The position numbers and the translations under genes were made by a program. Below the pieces are notes generated by a model. That model was given only the letters and a program-made list of their open reading frames with translations, did not search any database and was not told where the DNA came from. From Cyanophyceae cyanobacterium (lineage in GTDB: Bacteria; Cyanobacteriota; Cyanobacteriia; Cyanobacteriales; JAAUUE01): a stretch of DNA of 55,289 bases. This document shows, piece after piece, positions 28,649-38,915 of this stretch (its first letter is position 1; each line of letters opens with the position of its first letter). The stretch lies in assembly GCA_038321825.1 (NCBI GenBank), contig JBBQFK010000003.1:1-55289 (forward strand), in the 5' to 3' direction.

Positions 28649-31083
28649 AGATTCAGGTCACGAGCTAGATTTAATAACAGCTTTTGTTCGGCTTGATTGA
28701 TCGATCGCTGCACTTGCTCTAAGGCGGGGACATCTACGGAAATGGAAGTAATTCCCCACAGCACCAGTTGCTCAACCAACTCAGGATAGTTTACCGGAGC
28801 TTGACCACAGATGGAACAGGGAATATTTAATTTTCTAGCCGTGGTCACCAATTGTTGCATCACCGCCAGCATCGCCGGATGTATCGCATTGAGCAGATCC
28901 GCCCCGCCCCGGTCTCGATCGATCCCCAGAATTAACTGCGTCAGGTCGTTGCTGCCAATGGAAATCCCCTGGACTCCAGCTTTCACATAATCCTCCAAGA
29001 GAAAAACCACCGAAGGCACTTCCGCCATAATCCAAAGCTGAAAATGGGGCTGATCTGATAATCCCAAGGCTTGGACACGCTGTTGACAAAATTTAAATTC
29101 CTCCACCGTCCGCACAAAGGGCAGGAGCAGGGAAATATTGCCATAGCCACGTTGCTGGACTTCTCGCAGAGCCGCCAACTCCCAGTCAAATAGCTGGGGA
29201 TCGAGGGTGTAGCGGAGGGTTCCCCGCCTGCCGAGGACGGGATTTGCTTCTGGGGGTTCTTGGGTGTAGAGGGTGGGAAATTCTGCCGATCGCCAGTCCG
29301 CCGATCGATAAAACACAGGGCGGGGGGCAAAAGCTGCCGTAAACTCCATAATCTGATCCGCAAGGTTCTTAATCACCTGTTGGGCCACTAGAGGGAGCTG
29401 ATTAGTCTGGTTAGCAATCAAACCCAAGCGATTAATTTCTTGGAAGCTATCTAAGTTGTGGTTGTGGAGAATCTCAGACAGGATTAGTTCCGATCGCAAC
29501 AATCCCACCCCATCGATCGGCAACTGTGCTGTCGTCACGACTTTTTGGGTTTGACTCAAGTTCACCATCAACTTAGTCCCATTTATAAGATTTCCCCAAG
29601 TATCTTTCCTAGCGGAAGGGATATCTGGGGGGAGGAGGTTTTCTGCCAGGGGGACTAATTTTTGGGGCAATCTCTCCAACACCTGACCCGACTGCCGATA
29701 GACAATCCCTTGATCTCCATCTAGGGTTAAATCTTCCCCCGTTTGGATTAACTGGGTTGCCGCCGCCACTCCCACCACCGCCGGAATCCCCAACTCCCGG
29801 GCCATGATGGCTCCATGACTAGTCATACCTCCCTGTTCGGTAATAATCCCCGCCGCCTGCCTGAGGAAAGGTAACCATTCTGGCAACACAATCTCCGCCA
29901 CCAAAATTTTCCCCGATAAACTTAGAGGTTGGGTAGAAATCTGAGTCAAGGGCAGAGATTCTGTGCTTTCAGTTTCGGCAACTTTGCCATGATCATGATC
30001 CCCCCGCTGCCCAGCAGAGAAGGCAACTCCAGCAACCATCACCTGAGCGACTCCCCTTGCTTCCCCCTGAGCCACGCCCATACCTCTCAAGGGTGCTAGG
30101 GAATTTAAGACCCTGCCCTGGGAAACTTGGGGCGTAAAATTAATAATTGCGAGATGGGGGAGATGGGAATGACCTGAAGGCGAAATCTGCCAAGTCAAGC
30201 CAAAGTGAGGCATGATCATTTTTTGGAGTTGCTTACAAATTTGGCTCAGGAGGGCTAGATCCTCCTTGGTGAGGCTGTAGCTTTGTTGTTGGCTAGGGCT
30301 GAGGAGATAGGGAGTCAAGCATTCTAGGGGACTGGATTCTCGGCTGGGTAAATTCAGGTGGTAGCCCCGGTTTTTCGAGCCTAGTTGTTGTTTGAGAATA
30401 ATTCCTGTCTGGGGATGAATGGTGTAGCGATCGGGCAGCACTTCTCCTCGATCGATGGCAAGGGGAAATCCCCACGTTGACTCGATGGATAATTGCTCCG
30501 GTTGAGCTACCACCGTTCCCGAAGCGATCGCCTCCCCCAGAGGTTGCACCAACACCGCCAGATTTACTTGAGATAGCTTCAAGCCCGTCTGCCGCCAACA
30601 AAACAAATGGTGCGCCCGAAACAATTGCCCCCAGACCTGCTTCAAACCCGCCATCACCGCCTCAGATTGCGCTGGACAAACCACCGTTTCTAATATTTCT
30701 GCGGGAGCCGGAAGCCTCTCATGTTGTAAAAAGGGCTGCAACATCACCAAGGGAGTAGAGATTTTTTGCAACTGCTCCGTTAGAGCCTCTAGCCAGAAAG
30801 CTGGGGGACTGCCTTGGAGGATCCGGCGACGGAGTCTTTGGGCTACATCCCTTAACTGTCGGGGTTGATGCACATCCAAGTGCAAGTCGGAATCATGGAG
30901 ATCCGCCAGTAGAACCTCTGATTCCCCTAAAACTTCTAGGTATTGCCAAAGTACGTCCCCCGGCAACACAAAACCGTTCACCACTGGATAGCCGTGGTGG
31001 TGGAGTTGACTTAAATAAAACGCCTGATCTCGGTAGGGAAAGTTTTCTCCCAAGGATTGATCTAGCCAGTACAAATTATCCAC
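28645..31083 (-). CDS. PEP synthase-like protein (degenerate N-terminal domain, phospho-His domain, PEP-binding barrel)
   Basis: TEQGGMTSHGAIMARELGIP, GVGLLRSE, MAEVPS, SIGSNDLTQ, SICGQAP. The N-terminus lacks GGKG/AVRSS. Confidence 0.8.
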   Translation of the reverse strand: MDNLYWLDQSLGENFPYRDQAFYLSQLHHHGYPVVNGFVLPGDVLWQYLEVLGESEVLLADLHDSDLHLDVHQPRQLRDVAQRLRRRILQGSPPAFWLEALTEQLQKISTPLVMLQPFLQHERLPAPAEILETVVCPAQSEAVMAGLKQVWGQLFRAHHLFCWRQTGLKLSQVNLAVLVQPLGEAIASGTVVAQPEQLSIESTWGFPLAIDRGEVLPDRYTIHPQTGIILKQQLGSKNRGYHLNLPSRESSPLECLTPYLLSPSQQQSYSLTKEDLALLSQICKQLQKMIMPHFGLTWQISPSGHSHLPHLAIINFTPQVSQGRVLNSLAPLRGMGVAQGEARGVAQVMVAGVAFSAGQRGDHDHGKVAETESTESLPLTQISTQPLSLSGKILVAEIVLPEWLPFLRQAAGIITEQGGMTSHGAIMARELGIPAVVGVAAATQLIQTGEDLTLDGDQGIVYRQSGQVLERLPQKLVPLAENLLPPDIPSARKDTWGNLINGTKLMVNLSQTQKVVTTAQLPIDGVGLLRSELILSEILHNHNLDSFQEINRLGLIANQTNQLPLVAQQVIKNLADQIMEFTAAFAPRPVFYRSADWRSAEFPTLYTQEPPEANPVLGRRGTLRYTLDPQLFDWELAALREVQQRGYGNISLLLPFVRTVEEFKFCQQRVQALGLSDQPHFQLWIMAEVPSVVFLLEDYVKAGVQGISIGSNDLTQLILGIDRDRGGADLLNAIHPAMLAVMQQLVTTARKLNIPCSICGQAPVNYPELVEQLVLWGITSISVDVPALEQVQRSINQAEQKLLLNLARDLNL

Positions 31084-31345
31084 TACGCATCATCGGTTTG
31101 AGTTTAACTATTGCCAGTTCACTCGATCGGTGCAATCTCAACAATCAATACATAATTAGAATCTCTCAAAAAAAAGTTATCAAAAAAAGGTACTAAAAGC
31201 CTTAATCTAATTGCTTTAGGAATAATTGTCTAGGGTATTTAGGATATTTAGCTAGAAAATAAATTTTCTTGGGAACCGGGCTTCCTTAACCACTACTTAA
31301 CCATTAGCTTAACTATCAACTCAACGAATCAACTTAATGATCAAC

Positions 31346-32941
31346 TTAACTATTGAGAGGGCGATAAACTTCGTAATTAATCTCTGGGAAAATATTATCA
31401 ATGAGTTCAACCTTGGTGAGCCAGCCGCTATCTACCTTACCTGCATTGAGGTCTTCGTAGAGTTTATTAAATCGCTGGAGGTGCGATCGAGTCCGGCGCA
31501 CTGCATAGGGAACCATTGTGCCTGTCCGCATAATAAACGCCCAGTCCGAAGATTGTGCCAAGAGTAACTCCCGTGCGGCTTGATTCAAGGCTCGAACTTG
31601 TAACTCATCCTCTGGTTGGTGATGACTGAGGTGGATCATCCGTTCTGCTGCCTTGTGGAGATGGGGATAAACCCAAGCATTAGTTTCATTCAGCCAATAC
31701 TCATGGAAGCCCTTGTAACCCCAGCTAGATTGGGAAGGTTTACACACCTGCTGGGACGGATTTCCTTGGAGATAGTCGGCTAGATGGGTCATCTCGTAAG
31801 TGCTTTGATCGTACCAAGACTTGCGGAACAGGTAATCAATAAACCAGGGGCCTTCGTACCACCAGTGACCAAATAACTCCGCATCGTAGGGAGAGACAAT
31901 AATGGGCGGGCGCTGCATAATATCGTAGAGATGGTGAGTTTGCTGCTCCCGATTAAACATAAAGTTGGCTGCGTGTTCGGCCGCTTTCTCCTTGGCCCAG
32001 TAAGGATCGTAGAGAGCTTTGTCAGAAAGTCCTAAGCCCCGCCCGGTGATCTTGTGGTACTTGATCCCCGTATTTTTGCGCTGCCCGTTGGGCATAATGT
32101 AGGGCTTGATGTATTCATACTCTGCTTCCCAGCCCAAATCCTTATAAAATTCTCGGTATTCTGAAGCTCCGGGATAACCAACCTCCGAAGACCAGACCTG
32201 TTGGGAAGATTCATGATCTCGCCCAAAGGCTGCCACTCCAGATTCTGTGAAAATTGGGGCATAGCTGCCATAACGGGGACGGGGACGGGCGTAGAGAATC
32301 CCATGACCATCGGTGAGGAAATAACGCAACCCAGCATCTGCCAGCATCCGCTCCACACCTTCGTAGTAGGCACATTCTGGGAGCCAAATGCCCTTCGGTG
32401 GTCTACCAAAGGTGGCTTCGTAGTGTTCACAGGCCACTTTGATCTGCGCCCACACAGCTTGGGGATACATTTTCATCAGGGGCAGATAACCGTGGGTGGC
32501 TCCACAGGTAATGATCTCGAGATTGCCAGAGTCTAAAAATTGCTTAAAGGCGTTAACCAAATCCCCTTGGTACTGCTCCCAAGTTTTGCGGATCTTGGTA
32601 AATTCTTTTTGGTAATATTCTGCTAGGTAGCGTAAATGTCCGTTGTGTTGATTGTGGTCAATTTCTTTGGAAATCAGTTCTTCAAGCTGGGCAAAATGCT
32701 GTTCATAGCGCTCTTGGAGGAGGGGATCCTTGAGCATGGAGATCAAGGGCGGGGTCATGCTCATGGTGATCTTAAAATCAATCCCGTCCCGCTTTAGCCC
32801 CTCAAATACTTGGATCAGGGGTATGTAGGTTTCTGTAATTGCTTCAAATAGCCATTCTTCTTCTAATACATAGTCGCTTTCAGGATGTCTTACAAAGGGT
32901 AAGTGAGCATGAAGCACCATCGCAACGTAACCGATCGCCAT
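31346..32941 (-). CDS. GH57 (DUF1957) 1,4-alpha-glucan branching enzyme
   Basis: LHAHLPFVRHP, EEEWLFEAITETYIP, GIWLPEC, PYDAELFGHWWYEG, LAQSSDWAF. Confidence 0.92.
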   Translation of the reverse strand: MAIGYVAMVLHAHLPFVRHPESDYVLEEEWLFEAITETYIPLIQVFEGLKRDGIDFKITMSMTPPLISMLKDPLLQERYEQHFAQLEELISKEIDHNQHNGHLRYLAEYYQKEFTKIRKTWEQYQGDLVNAFKQFLDSGNLEIITCGATHGYLPLMKMYPQAVWAQIKVACEHYEATFGRPPKGIWLPECAYYEGVERMLADAGLRYFLTDGHGILYARPRPRYGSYAPIFTESGVAAFGRDHESSQQVWSSEVGYPGASEYREFYKDLGWEAEYEYIKPYIMPNGQRKNTGIKYHKITGRGLGLSDKALYDPYWAKEKAAEHAANFMFNREQQTHHLYDIMQRPPIIVSPYDAELFGHWWYEGPWFIDYLFRKSWYDQSTYEMTHLADYLQGNPSQQVCKPSQSSWGYKGFHEYWLNETNAWVYPHLHKAAERMIHLSHHQPEDELQVRALNQAARELLLAQSSDWAFIMRTGTMVPYAVRRTRSHLQRFNKLYEDLNAGKVDSGWLTKVELIDNIFPEINYEVYRPLNS

Positions 32942-33076
32942 ATTTATCCACACAATCTAGATTATCTTCAGATTTTAAGTCAAAACAGTAACCATTATTT
33001 ATTAGTTTTAATTTGGGATCAAACTTTGGGGATCAAGGGAAGATCAAAGAGGAATTAAGGGGCGATCAAAGAAAAA

Positions 33077-34282
33077 TCAGGCTTTAGGGCGTAAGTTTTG
33101 GAGGGCGGTGGCTAGGTATCGATACTGCTCTGGGGTGTTGTAGAGTTGGGCAGAGATTCTGACTAGTTGTTGAGGTTGTTGGGAGTTGCCTTGCCAAGGA
33201 ATAATGGGGACTTCGATCGCATACTCGTGGAATAACTTCTCTTGGACTGGGGGAATCAACTGCCCCGGCGCTATGGTGGGGAAACTATTGGGCAGGGGGA
33301 TCACCGCCATGGAGCCGATCATGGATTCTGGACAGGGTAATTCTACTTCTAGGGACTCAGCAATCATTTTTCTGGCAGCGAGGGCTTTCGATCGATTGTC
33401 TTGTCTAATTTTCTGCCAACCATAAATTTTTTCGAGGAAGTCGATCGCTTCAGGCACACAAAAATAAGCAGTGGGATCCCCAGTCCCTATCCAGTCAAAT
33501 TCTAAATGGAAGCGGGATCTATCGGTTCTAGGGGAGTTGGCTCCGTGGCTAATTACGAGGGGACGGATGGTGGATTGAGCCTCACTCTGTACATATAAAA
33601 AAGCTGCTCCCTTGGGGCTACACATCCATTTGTGGCAATTTCCAGTATAGTAAGTTGCTCCCAACTCTCTTAAGTTCAAATCCATCATCCCCGGAGCGTG
33701 GGCGCCATCGATCAGGCTAGGAATCCCCAACTGGTTGAGATGGCTAATTAATTCACCAATGGGCAGGATCAAAGCGGTCTGGCTGGTGACGTGATCGATC
33801 AAAGCTAGTTTGGTTTTCGCTGTAATAGCCGCAATGATGGCTTGATTAATCTCGGCAGCATCTTGCACGGGAAAGGGAATTTTCACTACGACAATTTTTG
33901 CCCCGGTGCGATCGGCTAGATAATCTAGGGCATTGCGGCAGGCATTGTATTCATGATCTGTGGTCAGAAGTTCGCTATTTTGATCAAGGTTTCCTTTCAC
34001 AGCGAGGGAATTCAAGACTGTATTCACCCCAGTGGTGGCGTTGGGGACAAAAACCACATCGGCAGGATCGGCATGGATAAAGTGGCAGAGATGCGATCGA
34101 GCCTGATCCAATAATCCCTCAAATTCCCGCATGAAAAATCTCACAGGTTCTTGCTCTAACTGGGTTCTCAGTTGTTGCTGCATAGCCAAAACAGGCAAAG
34201 GACAAGCTCCGTGGGAACCATGATTTAAGAAAGTAATTTGAGGATCCAGTCCCCAATATTGCTGCCATTGATTAGTTGCCAT
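33077..34282 (-). CDS. Class V PLP-dependent enzyme (isopenicillin N epimerase/C-S lyase-like)
   Basis: FLNHGSHG, DHVTSQTA, DGAHAPG, GNCHKWMCSPKG (PLP Lys). Confidence 0.88.
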   Translation of the reverse strand: MATNQWQQYWGLDPQITFLNHGSHGACPLPVLAMQQQLRTQLEQEPVRFFMREFEGLLDQARSHLCHFIHADPADVVFVPNATTGVNTVLNSLAVKGNLDQNSELLTTDHEYNACRNALDYLADRTGAKIVVVKIPFPVQDAAEINQAIIAAITAKTKLALIDHVTSQTALILPIGELISHLNQLGIPSLIDGAHAPGMMDLNLRELGATYYTGNCHKWMCSPKGAAFLYVQSEAQSTIRPLVISHGANSPRTDRSRFHLEFDWIGTGDPTAYFCVPEAIDFLEKIYGWQKIRQDNRSKALAARKMIAESLEVELPCPESMIGSMAVIPLPNSFPTIAPGQLIPPVQEKLFHEYAIEVPIIPWQGNSQQPQQLVRISAQLYNTPEQYRYLATALQNLRPKA

Positions 34283-34623
34283 TATAATTTTTCTAGTAAT
34301 TGTTGTAAGGGATCGATAATTGATGGCAGGTTATTATGGATTGTTTTCCAAGTGATTCGTAAATTTACCTGAAAGTATTCATGGGCTATGATGTTTCTCA
34401 TGTCACTCATTAAACGCCAAGGAAGCTCAGGAGCTAATAGTTGAATCTCTGTTGGAATATTGATAGCTGCTTCACCAATAATAATTAAATCATAAAGAAC
34501 AGCCTTAACAAGCATTTCATTGTGACTAAACTCTAGAAAATCAATATTTTTAGTTTCTTTTTGAATGCTACTAATAGCGTTAAGAATATCTTGAATACGA
34601 TCTTTTACAGTTCTAGAAGACAC
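34282..34623 (-). CDS. hepT: HepT/DUF86 HEPN RNase toxin
   Basis: LIIIGEAA, PW..M.DMRNIIAHEYF (RX4H-Y). GTG start at 34623 overlaps the mntA end. Confidence 0.88.
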   Translation of the reverse strand: MSSRTVKDRIQDILNAISSIQKETKNIDFLEFSHNEMLVKAVLYDLIIIGEAAINIPTEIQLLAPELPWRLMSDMRNIIAHEYFQVNLRITWKTIHNNLPSIIDPLQQLLEKL

Positions 34624-34903
34624 GAATTGCTTCCTCCAAAATTGGTTCTCTGAGGTGTTCCTTGAGAGCATCTGCTGTACCTAGATCAATAGAGCATTTC
34701 AAGATGTCTTCTAAATAATGTTTGATCCGAAAAAATTCAAAGAAACCACTAGATTCTTTTAGTTCGACCAAAATATCCACATCACTCTGAGCATGAGCCT
34801 GATCTCGTGCTACCGAGCCAAACAAATCTAGAGAGATAACCCCTAGTTTTTGGAGTTGGGTTTGATGCGATCGAACTAGCTCTAATACGTGCGATCGTTT
34901 CAT
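34613..34903 (-). CDS. mntA: Minimal nucleotidyltransferase antitoxin
   Basis: LFGSVARDQAHAQSDVDILV (GSX10DXD); adjacent to HEPN. ATG at 34903 preferred. Confidence 0.9.
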   Translation of the reverse strand: MKRSHVLELVRSHQTQLQKLGVISLDLFGSVARDQAHAQSDVDILVELKESSGFFEFFRIKHYLEDILKCSIDLGTADALKEHLREPILEEAIRVF

Positions 34904-35053
34904 ATTTATTCTAAAGATCAATTAATCAGGCTATTTTTTGGTTTGGGTCGATCGTTAATGAGATTTTTAAAATTTCATTTTTTTATAATATAGCAATCCT
35001 CAATGAGTTAAGAAAAAGGTAAATATTGTTCCATCCTTGATAACCTCTATATC

Positions 35054-35278
35054 TCATCGAGACTCTAACAATTCTTCAACAGTTAATTCAACATCCTTAG
35101 CAATTTGCCTTAGAAGTCTAGGTGCAATATCACGCCCTTTGTGAAATGGAATCGTTGTGCCTCGACCATCTGCGTGACGAAATTGTTTATGAGAACCCTT
35201 TTGACGAACCTCAACAAAACCTAAATTTTCTAGAACACGTACTACGTCTTGGGGCTTCAGAATAGGAATGTTGCTCAT
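35054..35278 (-). CDS. hicA: HicA-family mRNA interferase toxin
   Basis: LGFVEVRQKGSHKQFRH.DGR.TTIPFH. Confidence 0.92.
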   Translation of the reverse strand: MSNIPILKPQDVVRVLENLGFVEVRQKGSHKQFRHADGRGTTIPFHKGRDIAPRLLRQIAKDVELTVEELLESR

Positions 35279-35281
35279 AGC

Positions 35282-35491
35282 TTAGGGAACCATAATTTGC
35301 TGTGTACCAACAAACTCTGTCTTGAATACCACTTCTTCATCTTCTAAAAGCATTTCAATTACTTCCCGGAGGTTCTCTTGTAACTCGTCTAAAGTTTCTC
35401 CTTGGGAGTGCGCCCCAGTAAAACCGGGAACATAACCAACATATAGGCTAGTTTCAGTATCTCGCTCAACGATCGCAGTAAAATTTTTCAT
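35282..35491 (-). CDS. hicB: HicB-family antitoxin (short, no DNA-binding domain)
   Basis: YVGYVPGFTGAHSQGETLDELQENLREVI. Confidence 0.9.
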   Translation of the reverse strand: MKNFTAIVERDTETSLYVGYVPGFTGAHSQGETLDELQENLREVIEMLLEDEEVVFKTEFVGTQQIMVP

Positions 35492-35497
35492 TTTAGT

Positions 35498-36100
35498 TTA
35501 ACTATCTAAAAGTGATTTTTGAAAGGTTTTTAGAGCCTCTACATGATTTAGCATATTGACACAGCTTAATAGTAAATCTAAATTTATGCCCGGAACTTCT
35601 TCACTTTGACTGATTTTCTCATAGCTACTCTGTTCATGGTCTGCTTGCCGGAGATGATAAATATCTAAAACTCCATCCTCCCAAAACCAAACTTCAGGGA
35701 TATTCAGCCGCCTGTAGGCTTCCAGCTTGTTGATGCAGCCACTGGTGAAGACAACCTCAATAACTAGATCAGGATTCGATCGACCCGCCGCCAACTTATA
35801 GGATTTATCCGCTTCTCGTTTCACCGCCGCCACTTCATTTTCCAAAGTCATCGAGCCAGTCGGCGTAAAATCAAAACCCATCGCCATTAAATATAGTTCC
35901 AGCAATGCTCCCAGTCTTTCTTTTACCGTTTCATGAAGTTCTCCCGGCCTTTGTTTGATCTCCAATAGTCCAGCCAAAAAAGAGAGCCGATCGCCCGGAC
36001 GATCGAGCAACTTTTCCACAGCTTTGAATTCACTCCAAGCCAACCCTGAAAATAAATGAGGTGCTTGGTTTTGAGGCTGAGATAAAGTTCCGAGAATCAT
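35498..36100 (-). CDS. Uma2-family putative endonuclease
   Basis: GSMTL...READKSY...PDLVIEVVFTS...KLEAY..LNIPEVWFW. Confidence 0.88.
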   Translation of the reverse strand: MILGTLSQPQNQAPHLFSGLAWSEFKAVEKLLDRPGDRLSFLAGLLEIKQRPGELHETVKERLGALLELYLMAMGFDFTPTGSMTLENEVAAVKREADKSYKLAAGRSNPDLVIEVVFTSGCINKLEAYRRLNIPEVWFWEDGVLDIYHLRQADHEQSSYEKISQSEEVPGINLDLLLSCVNMLNHVEALKTFQKSLLDS

Positions 36101-36139
36101 TGCTTACTTCCTTTCAAGATTCGGTATCAATTCCTTAAA

Positions 36140-37795
36140 TTAATAATAGATTAACCGTTCGTTGCGCCTGATTACTCTCACTCCTCTTGCAGCTAGGACA
36201 TTGGCTACTTCTTCGCTAGCGGGAGAAATAGTTTCACTGAGATGGAGCCACTTAAGATTAGTTAGTCCTACGATCGGGTTCAAGTCAGTAAAGGGGGTTT
36301 CACTGAGAATGATTCCCTCAAGATTAGTCAACCCTACGATCGGACTCAAGTCGGTAACTTGGGTTTCATTGATATGTAGTCTCTGAAGATTAGTCAACCC
36401 TGCGATCGGTCTCAGGTCACTGACTTGGGTTCCAACGAGAATGAGTGTCTGAAGATTAGTCAACCCTGCGATCGGGCTCAAGTCGGTGACTTGGGTTCCA
36501 ATGAGATCGAGTATCTGAAGATTATTTAGCCCTGCCATCGGGCTCAAGTCGGTGACTTTGGTTTCACTGAGATAGAGTATCTGAAGATTAGTTAGCCCCG
36601 CGATCGGGCTCAAGTCGGTGACTTTGGTTTCCCTAAGATTGATTCCCTGAAGATTAGTCAACCCTGCTATTGGTCTCAAGTCGGTAACTTGGGTTCCACT
36701 GAGATTGAGTATCTGAAGATTAGTCAACCCTGCTATTGGTCTCAGGTCGCTGACTTTGGTTTCACTGAGATTGAGTTTCTGAAGATTAGTTAGCCCTGCT
36801 ATTGGTCTCAGGTCGCTGACTTTGGTTTCACTGAGATTGAGTTTCTGAAGATTAGTTAGCCCTACGATCGGTTTCAAGTCGGTGACTTTGGTTCCCCAGA
36901 GATTGAGTTCCTGAAGATTAGTTAGCCCGGATATCGATCTCAAGTCGGTGATTTGGCTTCCACTGAGATTGAGTTCCTGAAGATTAGTTAGCCCGGATAT
37001 CGATCTCAAGTCGGTGATTTGGCTTCCACTGAGAGTAAGTTGCTGAAGATTAGTTAGTCAGGCGATAGCTATCAAGTCGGTGATTTGGCTTCCACTGAGA
37101 GTAAGTTGCTGTAGATTAGTTAGTCCGGCGATCGGGCTCAAATCGGTGACTTCGGTTCCACTGAGAGTAAGTTGCTGAAGATTATTTAGTCCGGCGATCG
37201 GGCTCAAGTCGGTGACTTCGGTTCCAAAGAGAGTAAGTTGCTGAAGATTAATTAACCCGGCGATCGGACTCAGGTCAGTGACTTGGGTTTCACTGAGAGT
37301 AAGTTGCTGAAGATTCATTAGCCCGGCGATCGGGCTCAAGTCGGTGAGTTTTTCTCCATAGAGAGTGAGTCTCTGAAGATTGGTCAATCCTGAGATCGGG
37401 CTCAAGTCGGTGATTTGGCTTCCCCAGAGAGCAAGAGACTGAAGATTAGTCAATCCTGCAATCGGGCTCAAGTCGGTGACTTGGGTTCCACTAAAAGCGA
37501 GAGACTGAAGATTAGTCAATTCTGCAATCGGTCTCAAGTCGGTGACTTCGGTTCCCCTGAGAGTGAGTTTCTCTAAGTCCTGCACTCCACTACAATCTTT
37601 TGTCTCTGCCGAATCTAAAACTGCCTCAACTGTGATGCGGGCTGCTGGGTCGATAGTATTAATGTTTGTACACCACTCCACAAAATTCCTGTAGCTTGGG
37701 CTAGTGGTTTGGGCATAGCTGCGACCAGCAATTGTGATGGTAAACCCTAATACTATTGTCAACAGCGTTGTTTTAAGTTTCACATTCATTGGCAT
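36140..37795 (-). pseudogene. Secreted internalin-like LRR protein (~21 x 22-aa repeats) split by an in-frame TGA
   Basis: ORFs 37058-37795 and 36140-37009 share a frame (1656 bp = 552 codons). The TGA at 37058-60 sits where other repeats have Gly. Signal peptide and WC...DC N-cap are present. Confidence 0.85.
36226..37575 (-). repeat. 66-bp tandem coding repeats (LRR units)
   Basis: Recurrent gaagattagttag/caagtcggtga motifs at 66-bp spacing; some neighbouring units are nearly identical. Confidence 0.9.
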
Positions 37796-37976
37796 ATTAA
37801 TTCCTCTTGTTTCTAAAAAATCTAATTCACTGCCCCACCGCCGCCAAACTTTGCATAGTCTAGATTTGATTCATACTCCATCATATATTCAGAAGTTTAT
37901 TTCTGAAAGTATGTAAGGATATATCTAAGACAGAAATATTAGCGATCGAATATTCAGGAAAAATTGAGGGGCAAAG

Positions 37977-38915
37977 ATGGATTTTACAGCAGCCTTACCA
38001 GCCTTGGTGATCACTCTGCGGGAAGGCTTTGAGGCGACCTTGGTAGTGGGGATTGTGCTGGCTTGTTTGAGTAAGGCGGGACGATCGACCCTGAATCCAT
38101 GGGTTTATGGGGGAGCGATCGCTGGCGTAGTCGCTAGTGTGGGCTTGGGTTTAATTCTGGGCTGGCAAGTGCAACAACTAGGAGAAACTCAGAGAATTTT
38201 AGGCTTTACCGTTGCCAAAGAAACTGTGCCATTGATTCAAGAAATTCTCACCGGGAGCTTGACTCTGGGGGCAATTGGGCTATTGAGTTGGATGCTATTC
38301 TGGATGACCAAACAGGCAGCTTCCCTAAAAACCGAAGTGCAAACGGCTGTAGCTGCAACCCTAGCCAATGATGGGGCGGGCTGGGGAGTTTTTGGTCTTG
38401 CCTTTTTAGCAGTGACGAGGGAAGGCTTTGAAACGGTGCTATTTTTGCTCACTCAAGTCGACTTAGGGTTAGCTCCAGTGCTGGGGGCGATCGCTGGGTT
38501 TCTGGGGGCGATCGTCCTTGGAGTTTTACTCTTTTGGGGCGGGATCAAAATCAACATCCGGCAATTTTTTCAGGTCATGGGTTTAGGGCTGCTCCTAATT
38601 GTCGGCGGTTTAGTAGTCAGCAGTCTCCACGCCTTTGATTTAGCCGCAGCGATCCTCAGCCAAATAAACCCCACCTATGCCAACCTTTGTCTGAGTCAAG
38701 ATTCCTGTATTCTCGGCAGGGAGATTTGGAACTTTTCGAGCTTTCTCCCAGATAAACAATTTCCCGGACTGTTGCTCAAAGCCCTCCTCGGCTACCGAGA
38801 TCACCTCTACCTCCTGCAATTTATCAGCTATATCCTCTTTCTGGGCAGTGCTGCCACCATCTACCTCACTGCCCTAAAAGATCAAACAACTCTTCCATCT
38901 CAAAAACCAAGTTAA
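37977..38915 (+). CDS. FTR1/EfeU-family iron permease
   Basis: Two REXXE motifs (LREGFEA, TREGFET); multi-TM. Confidence 0.9.
   Translation: MDFTAALPALVITLREGFEATLVVGIVLACLSKAGRSTLNPWVYGGAIAGVVASVGLGLILGWQVQQLGETQRILGFTVAKETVPLIQEILTGSLTLGAIGLLSWMLFWMTKQAASLKTEVQTAVAATLANDGAGWGVFGLAFLAVTREGFETVLFLLTQVDLGLAPVLGAIAGFLGAIVLGVLLFWGGIKINIRQFFQVMGLGLLLIVGGLVVSSLHAFDLAAAILSQINPTYANLCLSQDSCILGREIWNFSSFLPDKQFPGLLLKALLGYRDHLYLLQFISYILFLGSAATIYLTALKDQTTLPSQKPS

Noticed and set aside
34282-36100. Integron cassette array
   Set aside because: No integrase and no attC-like sites recognisable in the spacers; several genes overlap directly.
36226-37575. 66-bp periodicity as a CRISPR array
   Set aside because: The repeats are contiguous in-frame LRR codons with no unique spacers and no cas genes. 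The same applies to 41745-42270 and 49601-50080.
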